From a virus, in the IMG/VR virus record IMGVR_UViG_3300021373_002787, positions 1 through 64,000 of that record: 64,000 nt of DNA, one strand, 5' to 3'. This document shows, piece after piece, positions 19,311-27,932 of the stretch. The position numbers were made by a program, and so were the translations under genes. Numbering within the stretch: the first letter of the stretch is position 1; each line of letters starts with the position of its first letter. The notes under the pieces are model-generated. The model did not search any database. It was not told where the DNA came from and saw only the letters and a list, made by a program, of their open reading frames with translations.

Positions 19311-20981
19311 CTATTCAATTCTTTCTATTTCGAGCTTTGAGAATCCATTTTCTCTATAGATCTGGATCTTTTTATCAAATATCTCATGCGGTAGGACTGA
19401 GTGATTAATAACAAACGTATTAATTCTGTTTTCTTTAATTACCTGAGAAAGAATCTTTAAAATGTTATGAACTCCATCATTATCAACTGAACTCAATAAC
19501 TCGTCCAAAAAGAGCAAGTTTAATTGTGGGAATCTCAACTTCAATATCTTAATAATCGCAATAATGATAATAAAGTCGGCCTTTTTACGTTCACCTGTTG
19601 AAAGAGTCATTGGATTGATCTCTTCTCCAAGGTGATTAATAATACAATTGAACTTTTCGTCAAATTTAATATGAAATGATAGATGCATCGTTTGAGTCAT
19701 TGCTGCAATATTAGTATTAAGTCCAGGCAGGATAGTTTTAACCGCCAAATTCTTAACGCCATCTTCTCCCAAAATATTTTCAACCATTTCGGTGAATTGA
19801 TATTCGTTCGAAAGTTTACTAGACTCTGCAGACTTATCAGCCTCTTTCTCTTCAAAATCAGAAATAAGTTTATTCAGATGCTCGAACTGATCCCCATCTG
19901 CAGTCTCCTTAATTTTAATCAATTCGTTCTTCAAAGATTGCATATCATACTTAATTTGAGAAATCTTTGACTCGATTTCTCTTTTACTATTATTAAGTTG
20001 ATCAGTTTTTTCTTTTGCGACATCCATCAATTCTTTTTGCTGCTTGATTTGATCAGCACTATCTTTGAGTTTATCGTTATATGTGTCTAGTTTTTGATTA
20101 TGCCATTCACTATCAAGTTTAGTCTCACAGGTTGGACAGTGGCCCTCTTCATAAAGATTAATCTTTTTCTTTAAGTACTCAATCTCATGCTTAAGTGTAC
20201 TAGCCTCGCTTCTAGAGTTTTCATACTCTTCCTTTGAAGTTCCTATCTGAGCAACTAAACCGTCTCGGTCAGCATTTAGACCTTTTACAGTATCATTTAG
20301 TTCTGTCAACTCCTCTTTTAATTGCTTAATTCTCTCCTTATTCTTTTGTGAAGATTCTTCGAGCAATGTATTTAGTTTAGATCTAACTGATTGGATTGAC
20401 TCCATTATTTGATTGAGTTCACTATCATATGCACTAATCTCAAGTTTAATATTTCGCCTTTCCTCTTTAATTTTTTGTTGCATTTCATTCAGGACAGAGA
20501 ATCCAAACATCTTATCGATAATTTGTTTCTTATCACTATTATTCATTGTCAAGAAAGACTTAAAGTCATTAATTGATAGGATGATAATGTTCTTAAATAC
20601 ATGGTACGGAATTCCATACACCTCTTCTTCAAGATACTCCTGTACGCTCTTTTTACCAGCCTTGTCAAATTCAACTCCGTTTAATTTAACCGTAAAAATA
20701 CCTGGATCTAGACCCCTTTCAATATCTACATCAATTGATCCACATCTTAATTTGATGTTAACCCAAAGTTCACGATTAATTCTATTTGGAAGATCGCCGA
20801 GCTTTACACCTTCTACCTTTCCGTATAGAGCAAATATGATGGCGTTTGCGATAGTTGTCTTTCCATCTCCGTTTTTACCAAGCGTTAAGAACAGCTCAGA
20901 ATGGTCCTGTTCGAACTCAATAGTCTGAAGTTTGTTTCCGTAGCTTGCAAAATTCTTAAATGTTATCGAATCTATTCTCAT
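19311..20981 (-). CDS. gp46: Recombination endonuclease ATPase subunit (gp46 / SbcC-Rad50)
   Basis: FKNFASYGN, GKNGDGKTT, CPTC zinc hook, LSTGE signature, FLDELLSSVD. Confidence 0.95.
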   Translation of the reverse strand: MRIDSITFKNFASYGNKLQTIEFEQDHSELFLTLGKNGDGKTTIANAIIFALYGKVEGVKLGDLPNRINRELWVNIKLRCGSIDVDIERGLDPGIFTVKLNGVEFDKAGKKSVQEYLEEEVYGIPYHVFKNIIILSINDFKSFLTMNNSDKKQIIDKMFGFSVLNEMQQKIKEERRNIKLEISAYDSELNQIMESIQSVRSKLNTLLEESSQKNKERIKQLKEELTELNDTVKGLNADRDGLVAQIGTSKEEYENSRSEASTLKHEIEYLKKKINLYEEGHCPTCETKLDSEWHNQKLDTYNDKLKDSADQIKQQKELMDVAKEKTDQLNNSKREIESKISQIKYDMQSLKNELIKIKETADGDQFEHLNKLISDFEEKEADKSAESSKLSNEYQFTEMVENILGEDGVKNLAVKTILPGLNTNIAAMTQTMHLSFHIKFDEKFNCIINHLGEEINPMTLSTGERKKADFIIIIAIIKILKLRFPQLNLLFLDELLSSVDNDGVHNILKILSQVIKENRINTFVINHSVLPHEIFDKKIQIYRENGFSKLEIERIE

Positions 20982-22084
20982 TGGTCAATATCGTGGTTAT
21001 ATGCGCAAAGATCGTGCAGTTGTTTTAACTTATGCTTTAGTTGTTCTTTCGTATCATCGTCATAGTTTAGATTATCAACGTAACTATCGCACAGGCTAAG
21101 TATATTATAGTTCTTATAGATTTCCTCGTCAAGGTCATGAAAGTCCTTGTCAATTATATCATCGTCCTGGTAAATGTTTGGTTCAAGTCTTCGGCCTATG
21201 TTCTGAATTTTATTAATTAATTGGCCAAGAGAATTTGATGCTGCAATTTTACTAGGAACAAATAGGTCAACAAAGTTATTCTTTATCTTTTCTTTAAAAA
21301 CACCCAGAGGAACATCGTACAATTTGGTTATGTTATACTTTAAGAATTTTGGTGATATATTGTTGGGGAAGAAAGTTTCTTCCATATTGTCTAAATCAAC
21401 TAGGTCAAATCCTTTTTGATTCCCTCTATCCGAACGAGTTAATTCATATGGTGTTCCAACCATTAAGAGCTTTTCTTTTTCTTGGCGATAGTGAATATGT
21501 CCGCTATAGACTCGAGTGTATTTGCGATATGTTGAAGGTCTGGTACCATGTTCATTCTTAACCTTTTCGTTTAGATAGAGTCCACTTACTTCAGAATGAC
21601 AAAACACTATCTCAGCATTTGGAAATTCTGCAAGAGTCTCGATTTCATGGTCAACATCACGTCTCCAAGGCATTAAGAGTACCTTTCTTCCGTTCCAGTC
21701 TAATTGTTTTGGTTCTTTATATACCTGTACGTTTGGGATCCATTTCAAAGAGTCAATTGAACTTACGTCATTACTTTTCTTTGCCCATATATCGTGGTTT
21801 CCGACAATAACATGAACTGGTAAAATCTCACCAAGTCTTTCAAATACTTCAACTGCATAGTTTAGTACTTTAATATTGATTGATTGTCTATTATCAAAGG
21901 TATCTCCGACTTGGACTAAAATATCTCCAGGTCTTACATTCTTTTTGAGTGTTGGAATAAAAAGGTTCTCAAAGAAGTCTTTTTGAATCTCGAGCCATTC
22001 TTGGGAATTTGCCCGCACTCCAAAGTGTAGATCACCAAGAATCCACACTCTTTTTACCCCTTCACTTAAATTTCCCTCAATCAT
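20978..22084 (-). CDS. gp47: Recombination endonuclease nuclease subunit (gp47 / SbcD-Mre11)
   Basis: GDLHFG, GDTFDNR, GNHD, SGHIH metallophosphoesterase motifs. Confidence 0.95.
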   Translation of the reverse strand: MIEGNLSEGVKRVWILGDLHFGVRANSQEWLEIQKDFFENLFIPTLKKNVRPGDILVQVGDTFDNRQSINIKVLNYAVEVFERLGEILPVHVIVGNHDIWAKKSNDVSSIDSLKWIPNVQVYKEPKQLDWNGRKVLLMPWRRDVDHEIETLAEFPNAEIVFCHSEVSGLYLNEKVKNEHGTRPSTYRKYTRVYSGHIHYRQEKEKLLMVGTPYELTRSDRGNQKGFDLVDLDNMEETFFPNNISPKFLKYNITKLYDVPLGVFKEKIKNNFVDLFVPSKIAASNSLGQLINKIQNIGRRLEPNIYQDDDIIDKDFHDLDEEIYKNYNILSLCDSYVDNLNYDDDTKEQLKHKLKQLHDLCAYNHDIDQ

Positions 22085-22524
22085 TAGAATAATTTATTGA
22101 TGTTTTTGCGGTCTAATATTCCCGTCTTTCTATCAAGTTCTTCAATTAAATCCTCTTTGTATACATTTGAAAGAGAATTGTAGAACTTGGTTGGATTAAT
22201 ATCGAAGTATGTGCACATCTCACTAAAGATATCGATTCGGCTATAGTTCTTAACCATCTCTCCGACAACGTACCCGTATACATCGTTAATCTCGACCTTC
22301 TTTAACTTTGTGTTTCTTCCATGTTCATCGATCTCATTAAACTTCTTAAATCTAGAGTTGATGACTAATTCGTGAATTGTTGTTGATATTAATTGGTAGT
22401 GAATCTTCTCCTCTTCTGACTTTGAATCAGTCCAGCTAGGATCCAGATTAAATGAGAAGTTTGGAATTATCTCAAAATCTGGTGAATCAAAATTATTATC
22501 AAATATTTTATCTCTGTTTTCCAT
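22084..22524 (-). CDS. Possible late-transcription co-activator (gp33-like)
   Basis: C-terminal IDIFSEMCTYFDINPTKFYNSLSNVYKEDLIEEL loosely follows the gp33 helical pattern; recognised by eye only. Confidence 0.4.
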   Translation of the reverse strand: MENRDKIFDNNFDSPDFEIIPNFSFNLDPSWTDSKSEEEKIHYQLISTTIHELVINSRFKKFNEIDEHGRNTKLKKVEINDVYGYVVGEMVKNYSRIDIFSEMCTYFDINPTKFYNSLSNVYKEDLIEELDRKTGILDRKNINKLF

Positions 22525-23840
22525 TATATTCCGTGTAGATTGCTGTTTGTTATTTCGTCTGTTTCAATTAGACGCATATAATTCCAGTTTATATTTAACT
22601 TACATTTGGTGCCTTTGCCTTCACCGTCTCTCATCTTTAAGATTTTAAGCCAGTACTCTTCACTTGCTCGCATTAAATCGTCTTGAATAATACCAAGCAT
22701 AACATCTGCCGTGTGTGAAAGACCTGCGGATTCAGCAATATCGCCCATCGTTATATCGCTTGAATTATAACCATTTCTAGTAATTTGTGTTGCCGTTACA
22801 ATTAACCAATCATGTCTTTGACCCATTGCTCTTAAATCTTCAGCAATTTGCTTAATCTTTAAGTACATGTTTTCACTATTTGGGTTTCGATAATTTGCTA
22901 AGATATTAATGTAATCAATTACAACTGCTCCGATCTTAATTTGCTTTTCTTCTTCAAGTTGTGTAAGATATGCATCAATATCAAGTACAGTTGCCTGTGA
23001 AGTTGGCATTTGCTTAATAAAAAGCTGACCGGGAGGAGTAAATCCGTCGCCAACGGTTTCAAGTCTTCTCTTAACATATTCATAGTTCTTTGCTTTCTCT
23101 GCATAATCATTGATGTCAATACTTAAAAGATTAGAACCAATTCTCTTTACAAATTTATGAGCTGCCATCTCCGCTGTAATGACGACGGTATTAACTCCCA
23201 TCTTTACAAAATTAGCAGCATCATTTGCTAAATAAATTGATTTACCAATATTTTGCTCTCCAGCATATACAACTAAATTACCACCCTTATCATAACCGCC
23301 ATTAAGTACTCGATTAATAAAATTATATCCTGAGTCTATTTTTTCGGTTTCTTTCTGGTCATGATCTTCTGCGTTAAAGAAGTCAAGTCCCAGGTCTGAG
23401 TTAAAGGTAATGTTGTTTCTATCATTAATAAGACCTTTTACCTTCTGGATAATACTATCAGCATTCTCAGGTGTAACCTGTGTTGTTTTAATAAATTCAA
23501 TAGTATCAATCAAAGAAGTATCGAAGGTTCTCCATTTGATCCATGATTCAGCTGTCGATGTCAACCATTCTTCATCGTATTGTGCAAGGTCAACGTCAAA
23601 GATGACATCAAGAATTCCGTCGGTAATCTTTTCTTTTGCCTTCTTGTAATTTTGTATTAGGAGTTTAAGTTGATCCTTTCCAGGAGTCTCGTTAAACTTA
23701 ACATAGAATTTATTCGCAAGATAGCTTAAGACATCAATCTCTTCCGAAGTATAATATCCGGTTTTAATTGATTGAAGATACTTTGGCTTTTCTAATGATA
23801 GACGAAAGAATATTTTTTCGAAGTCTTGTCCGAACTGCAT
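22524..23840 (-). CDS. gp41: Replicative helicase (gp41 / DnaB-like)
   Basis: AGEQNIGKS, ITAEM, VIDYINIL, IAEDLRA, TATQITR, IAESAGL, LKMRDG. Confidence 0.95.
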   Translation of the reverse strand: MQFGQDFEKIFFRLSLEKPKYLQSIKTGYYTSEEIDVLSYLANKFYVKFNETPGKDQLKLLIQNYKKAKEKITDGILDVIFDVDLAQYDEEWLTSTAESWIKWRTFDTSLIDTIEFIKTTQVTPENADSIIQKVKGLINDRNNITFNSDLGLDFFNAEDHDQKETEKIDSGYNFINRVLNGGYDKGGNLVVYAGEQNIGKSIYLANDAANFVKMGVNTVVITAEMAAHKFVKRIGSNLLSIDINDYAEKAKNYEYVKRRLETVGDGFTPPGQLFIKQMPTSQATVLDIDAYLTQLEEEKQIKIGAVVIDYINILANYRNPNSENMYLKIKQIAEDLRAMGQRHDWLIVTATQITRNGYNSSDITMGDIAESAGLSHTADVMLGIIQDDLMRASEEYWLKILKMRDGEGKGTKCKLNINWNYMRLIETDEITNSNLHGI

Positions 23841-23858
23841 ATTAATCTTATTTAAAGG

Positions 23859-23885
23859 TTATAGAGCGGACTAGTCCTCTGTTTC
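23859..23885 (-). promoter_or_regulatory. Putative middle promoter GAAAC-N17-TATAA
   Basis: Exact spacing; GAAAC lies in the last codons of uvsX, upstream of the helicase. Confidence 0.6.
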
Positions 23886-24980
23886 TTCCATCAATTCTTC
23901 ATAATCAAATTCAACTTCAGTGCTGTAGTTAAATATTGGTTTGATTTTCTCTTCTATTTTTTCAAGAACTTCTTGTGTAAATACCTTCTCTGTAAAGAAT
24001 TCACTGTTTGGTACTGTGTGGTCAAGGTGCTTACAGATCCAATTACGTGCTGTTTTCTTAGGAACATATTCACCCTTTTCAATTGTACCTTTAGTTATAC
24101 CAATATCTTCCCAGTCGATATAGTTTTCAAGCCCAACAAAACGGTTCATACCCTCACTAAAGTGTAAGTGGAATTTAATTGGCTGTGGTTTTGCAAAACG
24201 ATTCTTATTTGGTCTTGCTGTAACAATAATACCAGCCTTTTCTCCGCTTGAATCTTTAAGCTGTGCCTTATTAAGGAATAAAACGATAGATGCTGCGTAT
24301 TCAGGACCGGTACCACCGCCCGCAACTTGACGACTAATAAAGTCCTGTGTTTGGTATGTGTGATTTGTAAAAATAAAAGGTACCTTAAGATCTGCAAGTG
24401 GAGTCATAATAATACGGAAGATTGACTTAAGAATCTTTGAACGTGTCATATCTGCCTTTTCAGAACCACTAACTGCGTCATCAATTTCTTTTTGAGTTGC
24501 AAGGTTACCAGCAGAATCAAGGATAATCATCATCTTTGGAAGATCAGCTCCACCTCTCTTTGCCTCTTGCATTCTCTTTGTAATTGTAGTCACAGAAGAT
24601 CTAAACTCTTGAACAGTATTGATCGGCTGATAGTTAACTTTATCGGTATCGATTCCAAATTTTTTCATTAAGGTTTTATCAACTGCCGCTTCTGAATCAT
24701 AGAAGATCACGTTGTAACCCATATCAATTGCTCTGCGGATAGAATTTAAAACTAGATAAGTCTTACCGGTACCTGAAGGTCCAGCAATTGAACATGATCT
24801 GTTATTTGGCCATCCACCAAATAGACTTCCCGATACACATGCATTTAGATGATAATTACCAGTGTCGATCCATTCTGTAACATCGCTAAATGTTGAATTA
24901 GACATAACTGAACCTAGCGGGTTTAATGTAGCCAGCTCTGCATTAATGTCGTCAAAACTAAATTGTTTACTTTTTGCCAT
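23871..24980 (-). CDS. uvsX: RecA-like recombinase
   Basis: WIDTGNYHLNACVSG, AGPSGTGKT, YDSE, ILDSAGNL, KADMTRSK, TNHTY, GGGTG. Confidence 0.95.
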   Translation of the reverse strand: MAKSKQFSFDDINAELATLNPLGSVMSNSTFSDVTEWIDTGNYHLNACVSGSLFGGWPNNRSCSIAGPSGTGKTYLVLNSIRRAIDMGYNVIFYDSEAAVDKTLMKKFGIDTDKVNYQPINTVQEFRSSVTTITKRMQEAKRGGADLPKMMIILDSAGNLATQKEIDDAVSGSEKADMTRSKILKSIFRIIMTPLADLKVPFIFTNHTYQTQDFISRQVAGGGTGPEYAASIVLFLNKAQLKDSSGEKAGIIVTARPNKNRFAKPQPIKFHLHFSEGMNRFVGLENYIDWEDIGITKGTIEKGEYVPKKTARNWICKHLDHTVPNSEFFTEKVFTQEVLEKIEEKIKPIFNYSTEVEFDYEELMEETED

Positions 24981-25158
24981 TTTTTTCGTTTATTTTTTTA
25001 TCTTTTTCTCGAAGAGCTTCAAGCTTTCCGATTAGGTCTTTTGCCTCCGCGCTTAACTCTGACATCTGAGACTCCAGATCCTGTAGTCGAGAATGAATTT
25101 GTTGGTATTCATTAACGATTTGTTTTTGTTCTTCTGTGAGCTGATTAAAATCTATCAT
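24967..25158 (-). CDS. Small coiled-coil hypothetical protein
   Basis: 63-aa ORF overlapping both neighbours in the operon. Confidence 0.7.
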   Translation of the reverse strand: MIDFNQLTEEQKQIVNEYQQIHSRLQDLESQMSELSAEAKDLIGKLEALREKDKKINEKNGKK

Positions 25159-25322
25159 CTCTTTATCGAATCCATTTCTTTATTTAGAAAGATCGTAGGT
25201 TGGTTTGGGTCTACTTCTTGTTTTTCAAGAGACCATGCAATTTTTCTTACTTCTTCACCAAACTTAAAATTATTTGGATATTGCTTGTGTAGCTCTAAGA
25301 TAAGTTGTTCTAAGTTTTCCAT
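25155..25322 (-). CDS. Small hypothetical protein (55 aa, below the ORF-track cutoff)
   Basis: Manual translation MENLEQLILELHKQYPNNFKFGEEVRKIAWSLEKQEVDPNQPTIFLNKEMDSIKR*. It fills the gap exactly, with an ATGA overlap to the next gene. Confidence 0.7.
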   Translation of the reverse strand: MENLEQLILELHKQYPNNFKFGEEVRKIAWSLEKQEVDPNQPTIFLNKEMDSIKR

Positions 25323-25324
25323 AA

Positions 25325-26527
25325 TTAAAATAGTGCTGAAGCATAAATCAAATTAGTATCGAGAGTTTGAAGTCCAATTGCCTTTAAGACTCGATTAAGT
25401 GGATCAATCATTGACTTTTCAAATTGAGTGTCATAATCTACGGGTGGTGCAAATTCATAAGGATGCTCACTTGGCATATAGGCGAACATATCGCTAATAT
25501 TACCTTTTACATGATAGATTTTTAACTTCTCTCCATTACCAATTAATTTATACTTGTTCTTGTATTTTTTATTGTTATTCAATAGGTAATTATAAAATCC
25601 TGCCGCCTTTACATTTGGAGGACATTTAGATCCGAATTGTAGTTCGATCTGGTCATCAACAATATATTTTTCAATATTGTTTGTTCTCTTGTTAAATGCG
25701 ATGTCATCAACATCTGCTAATTTAAACTCTTTCTTTGCCTGTTTCATGAAATTAACCAACTCTTGTAAATCTTCTGCAGTCGGCTTTTCATGTTTCTTAA
25801 ATAGAATCTTAAGTGCATCTACAAGTTTTGCTCTCGCGAAAGAAGGAGTAGAAGACTGAATTGTATCAAATCCGATTGTCTTAACTTTCTTTAGAGATGG
25901 ATGTCTATCAGTAACCTCAAGTTTATCATCCCATGCGATGTTTTGAATGTACTTCTTTTTACTCATCCAAATACCACTATATGCTATCGTCTCAAGTTCA
26001 AACATTAGGTAGTTATCAGTATTTCTCTTCTCAGCATACTTTTCCATCGCTTTAACGATGTATTCTCTAAGTCTAAGTGCATATAATTCTATGATAAAAG
26101 TATCGATGCTTAATTTTTCATCGAGCCATTCAATAGAATTATACATTTCTTCAAACTGAACATAACAAGAATCCGTATCAATATAGATTACTGATGGTCT
26201 TTCAAGCTTGTGCTTTACTTTAATATTAAAGTGCTCATGTACAGCTGTGTCTTTATGAAAGAATTCTTGGAAGTATTTGTTTAAGATAGCTTCAGAATAG
26301 AGGATGGCATCTTGACCCTGTAGTGTGATCGATTCAGCCATGTCAATATTAAAGAAGTGAAACCACTTGTTACCAAATGCACCATAGATAGAGTTCAAAG
26401 TTACTTTTACCGCCTGTTCATAAGCCGTATACTTAGCAGAGAGCTCCTCATAATGCTTAATGAGGAGTTCTGCTTCGTCTTTGGTTAATTGATCAGTTGG
26501 TTTATTCTTTAACTCTTCTAGAATCAT
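25325..26527 (-). CDS. DNA polymerase B, C-terminal half (gp43B-like)
   Basis: Motif B KVTLNSIYGAFG, motif C YIDTDS, KKKY, G.DTIQSSTP; lacks exonuclease and motif A. Confidence 0.92.
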   Translation of the reverse strand: MILEELKNKPTDQLTKDEAELLIKHYEELSAKYTAYEQAVKVTLNSIYGAFGNKWFHFFNIDMAESITLQGQDAILYSEAILNKYFQEFFHKDTAVHEHFNIKVKHKLERPSVIYIDTDSCYVQFEEMYNSIEWLDEKLSIDTFIIELYALRLREYIVKAMEKYAEKRNTDNYLMFELETIAYSGIWMSKKKYIQNIAWDDKLEVTDRHPSLKKVKTIGFDTIQSSTPSFARAKLVDALKILFKKHEKPTAEDLQELVNFMKQAKKEFKLADVDDIAFNKRTNNIEKYIVDDQIELQFGSKCPPNVKAAGFYNYLLNNNKKYKNKYKLIGNGEKLKIYHVKGNISDMFAYMPSEHPYEFAPPVDYDTQFEKSMIDPLNRVLKAIGLQTLDTNLIYASALF

Positions 26528-26528
26528 A

Positions 26529-27272
26529 TTAGGCAGTTTGGCAAGTAGATACGGTTAGAAGTGTTTCGCTATCTTTTGATGCGAATAGTACCTTTGAAGA
26601 AGAGATAAAAACATTTTGCTCTTCCTTATCAAGTAGATTCAAGTACTTCTTGTAAACCGTTACATCACCACTACCATTACTTTCTGGATTAATTACAACA
26701 TTAAAAGATTTACCTTTAACGTTTACTCCACTTCCATTTGCTTTGATTGCAAATGTTTCATCTTTATCAAGTGAGAAAAGATTCTTAACTTTGCTAATTG
26801 AATAAGTATCAAGTTCAAAGTTAAATTCGCTACCATCTTTAGAGAAGATTCCTTCAATTTGGTCTTGTGTAAGATCTTTGAATCCAAGAGAAGGCTCTGA
26901 ACATGCAAGAGTAATTTCAAGCTCGTCGTTATGTAGACGAAGTGTTGAAGCTACTAGATCTTCATCATTCTCGATAAATTCAATTTCACCTTTAATAGCA
27001 TCAGTATCAAAGTGCTTAATTGCATCAATAACTTTTGCGCCGTCAAAAAATGCAATCTTCATCTCTTTGTCAGTCTCTGGGGCCGCGTTTAACTTAAAGA
27101 TAGCATCAGTGTTAACAGCATGGTACTTAACGGCATCTCTCTGTGGGAGATAAACTGCCGATGTGATGCGATTCGGATCCATCTTCATGTAGATGAATGA
27201 ATCGATTAGCTTTACTCGATTGATAAAATCAGTCAAAGCATGTTGGTCAACTCGATCAATTACTAGTTTCAT
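26529..27272 (-). CDS. Sliding clamp (gp45-like)
   Basis: ~247-aa acidic alpha/beta protein next to the polymerase gene, with its own replication-type promoter. Start reassigned to the ATG at 27272. Assignment rests mainly on size and context. Confidence 0.6.
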   Translation of the reverse strand: MKLVIDRVDQHALTDFINRVKLIDSFIYMKMDPNRITSAVYLPQRDAVKYHAVNTDAIFKLNAAPETDKEMKIAFFDGAKVIDAIKHFDTDAIKGEIEFIENDEDLVASTLRLHNDELEITLACSEPSLGFKDLTQDQIEGIFSKDGSEFNFELDTYSISKVKNLFSLDKDETFAIKANGSGVNVKGKSFNVVINPESNGSGDVTVYKKYLNLLDKEEQNVFISSSKVLFASKDSETLLTVSTCQTA

Positions 27273-27301
27273 ATTTTTTATTTGTTTAAAGAATTTGATT
27301 A

Positions 27302-27328
27302 TTATATGAGGGCTAGCCAAACTGTTTC
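27302..27328 (-). promoter_or_regulatory. Putative middle promoter GAAAC-N17-TATAA
   Basis: Exact spacing, directly after a terminator and upstream of the clamp/polB-C operon. Confidence 0.65.
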
Positions 27329-27331
27329 ACA

Positions 27332-27363
27332 TAAAAAAGCCAGGGAATAGTGAATTCCCTGGC
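27332..27363 (-). terminator. Intrinsic terminator (copy A)
   Basis: GCCAGGGAA-TTCACTA-TTCCCTGGC-TTTTTT. Confidence 0.85.
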
Positions 27364-27388
27364 ACGCTCTTTAAAAAATAAAAATAAC

Positions 27389-27799
27389 TTATTTTATTGT
27401 TGAATAGGCTTCAAACCATTCAGGTGTTGAAATAATCTCGCTTATTACGCTTTTGTCATCGACATTGATTTGAATTAATCCACCTTGTTTTTGGATAGAT
27501 TTCCAAAACTTCTTTACAACTCCGATTTTTTTATATTGATTTTCATCAAATTCAAGAACTTCAATTCCAGTAATTTTTAAGACATCGGTCGGCCTAACAA
27601 AGGAATGCATTCCAGATCCAACTGCATTTGTTTTTTCATCTCGACCCATTATTGTTCTTGAGTGAATAACTCCAAAATAGTTTAGTCTTACAAGGTCTGC
27701 TGGTTGAAAGGTTTTAGCATTCTTATATTTGCTTACAAAATCTTCTACCGACATATTTGCCTCGTTTACAAACTGTTCGAATAATTTTACGTGTTTCAT
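27389..27799 (-). CDS. Capsid-targeting-motif protein, stand-alone cassette
   Basis: MKHVKLFEQFVNE start; own AATATATA motif (27828-27835); flanked by twin terminators. Confidence 0.75.
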   Translation of the reverse strand: MKHVKLFEQFVNEANMSVEDFVSKYKNAKTFQPADLVRLNYFGVIHSRTIMGRDEKTNAVGSGMHSFVRPTDVLKITGIEVLEFDENQYKKIGVVKKFWKSIQKQGGLIQINVDDKSVISEIISTPEWFEAYSTIK

Positions 27800-27846
27800 G
27801 CTGTTACTTTTTATTTCTAACTTTATCTATATATTCTTAATCTAAA

Positions 27847-27879
27847 TAAAAAAGCCAGGAAGTAGCGAATCTTCCTGGC
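27847..27879 (-). terminator. Intrinsic terminator (copy B) after nrdA
   Basis: GCCAGGAAG-ATTCGCTA-CTTCCTGGC-TTTTTT. Confidence 0.85.
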
Positions 27880-27932
27880 AAAATCCGTGAACTTTCACGG
27901 TCCTAAGACGAGGTCTTCAAACCTCACCATCT

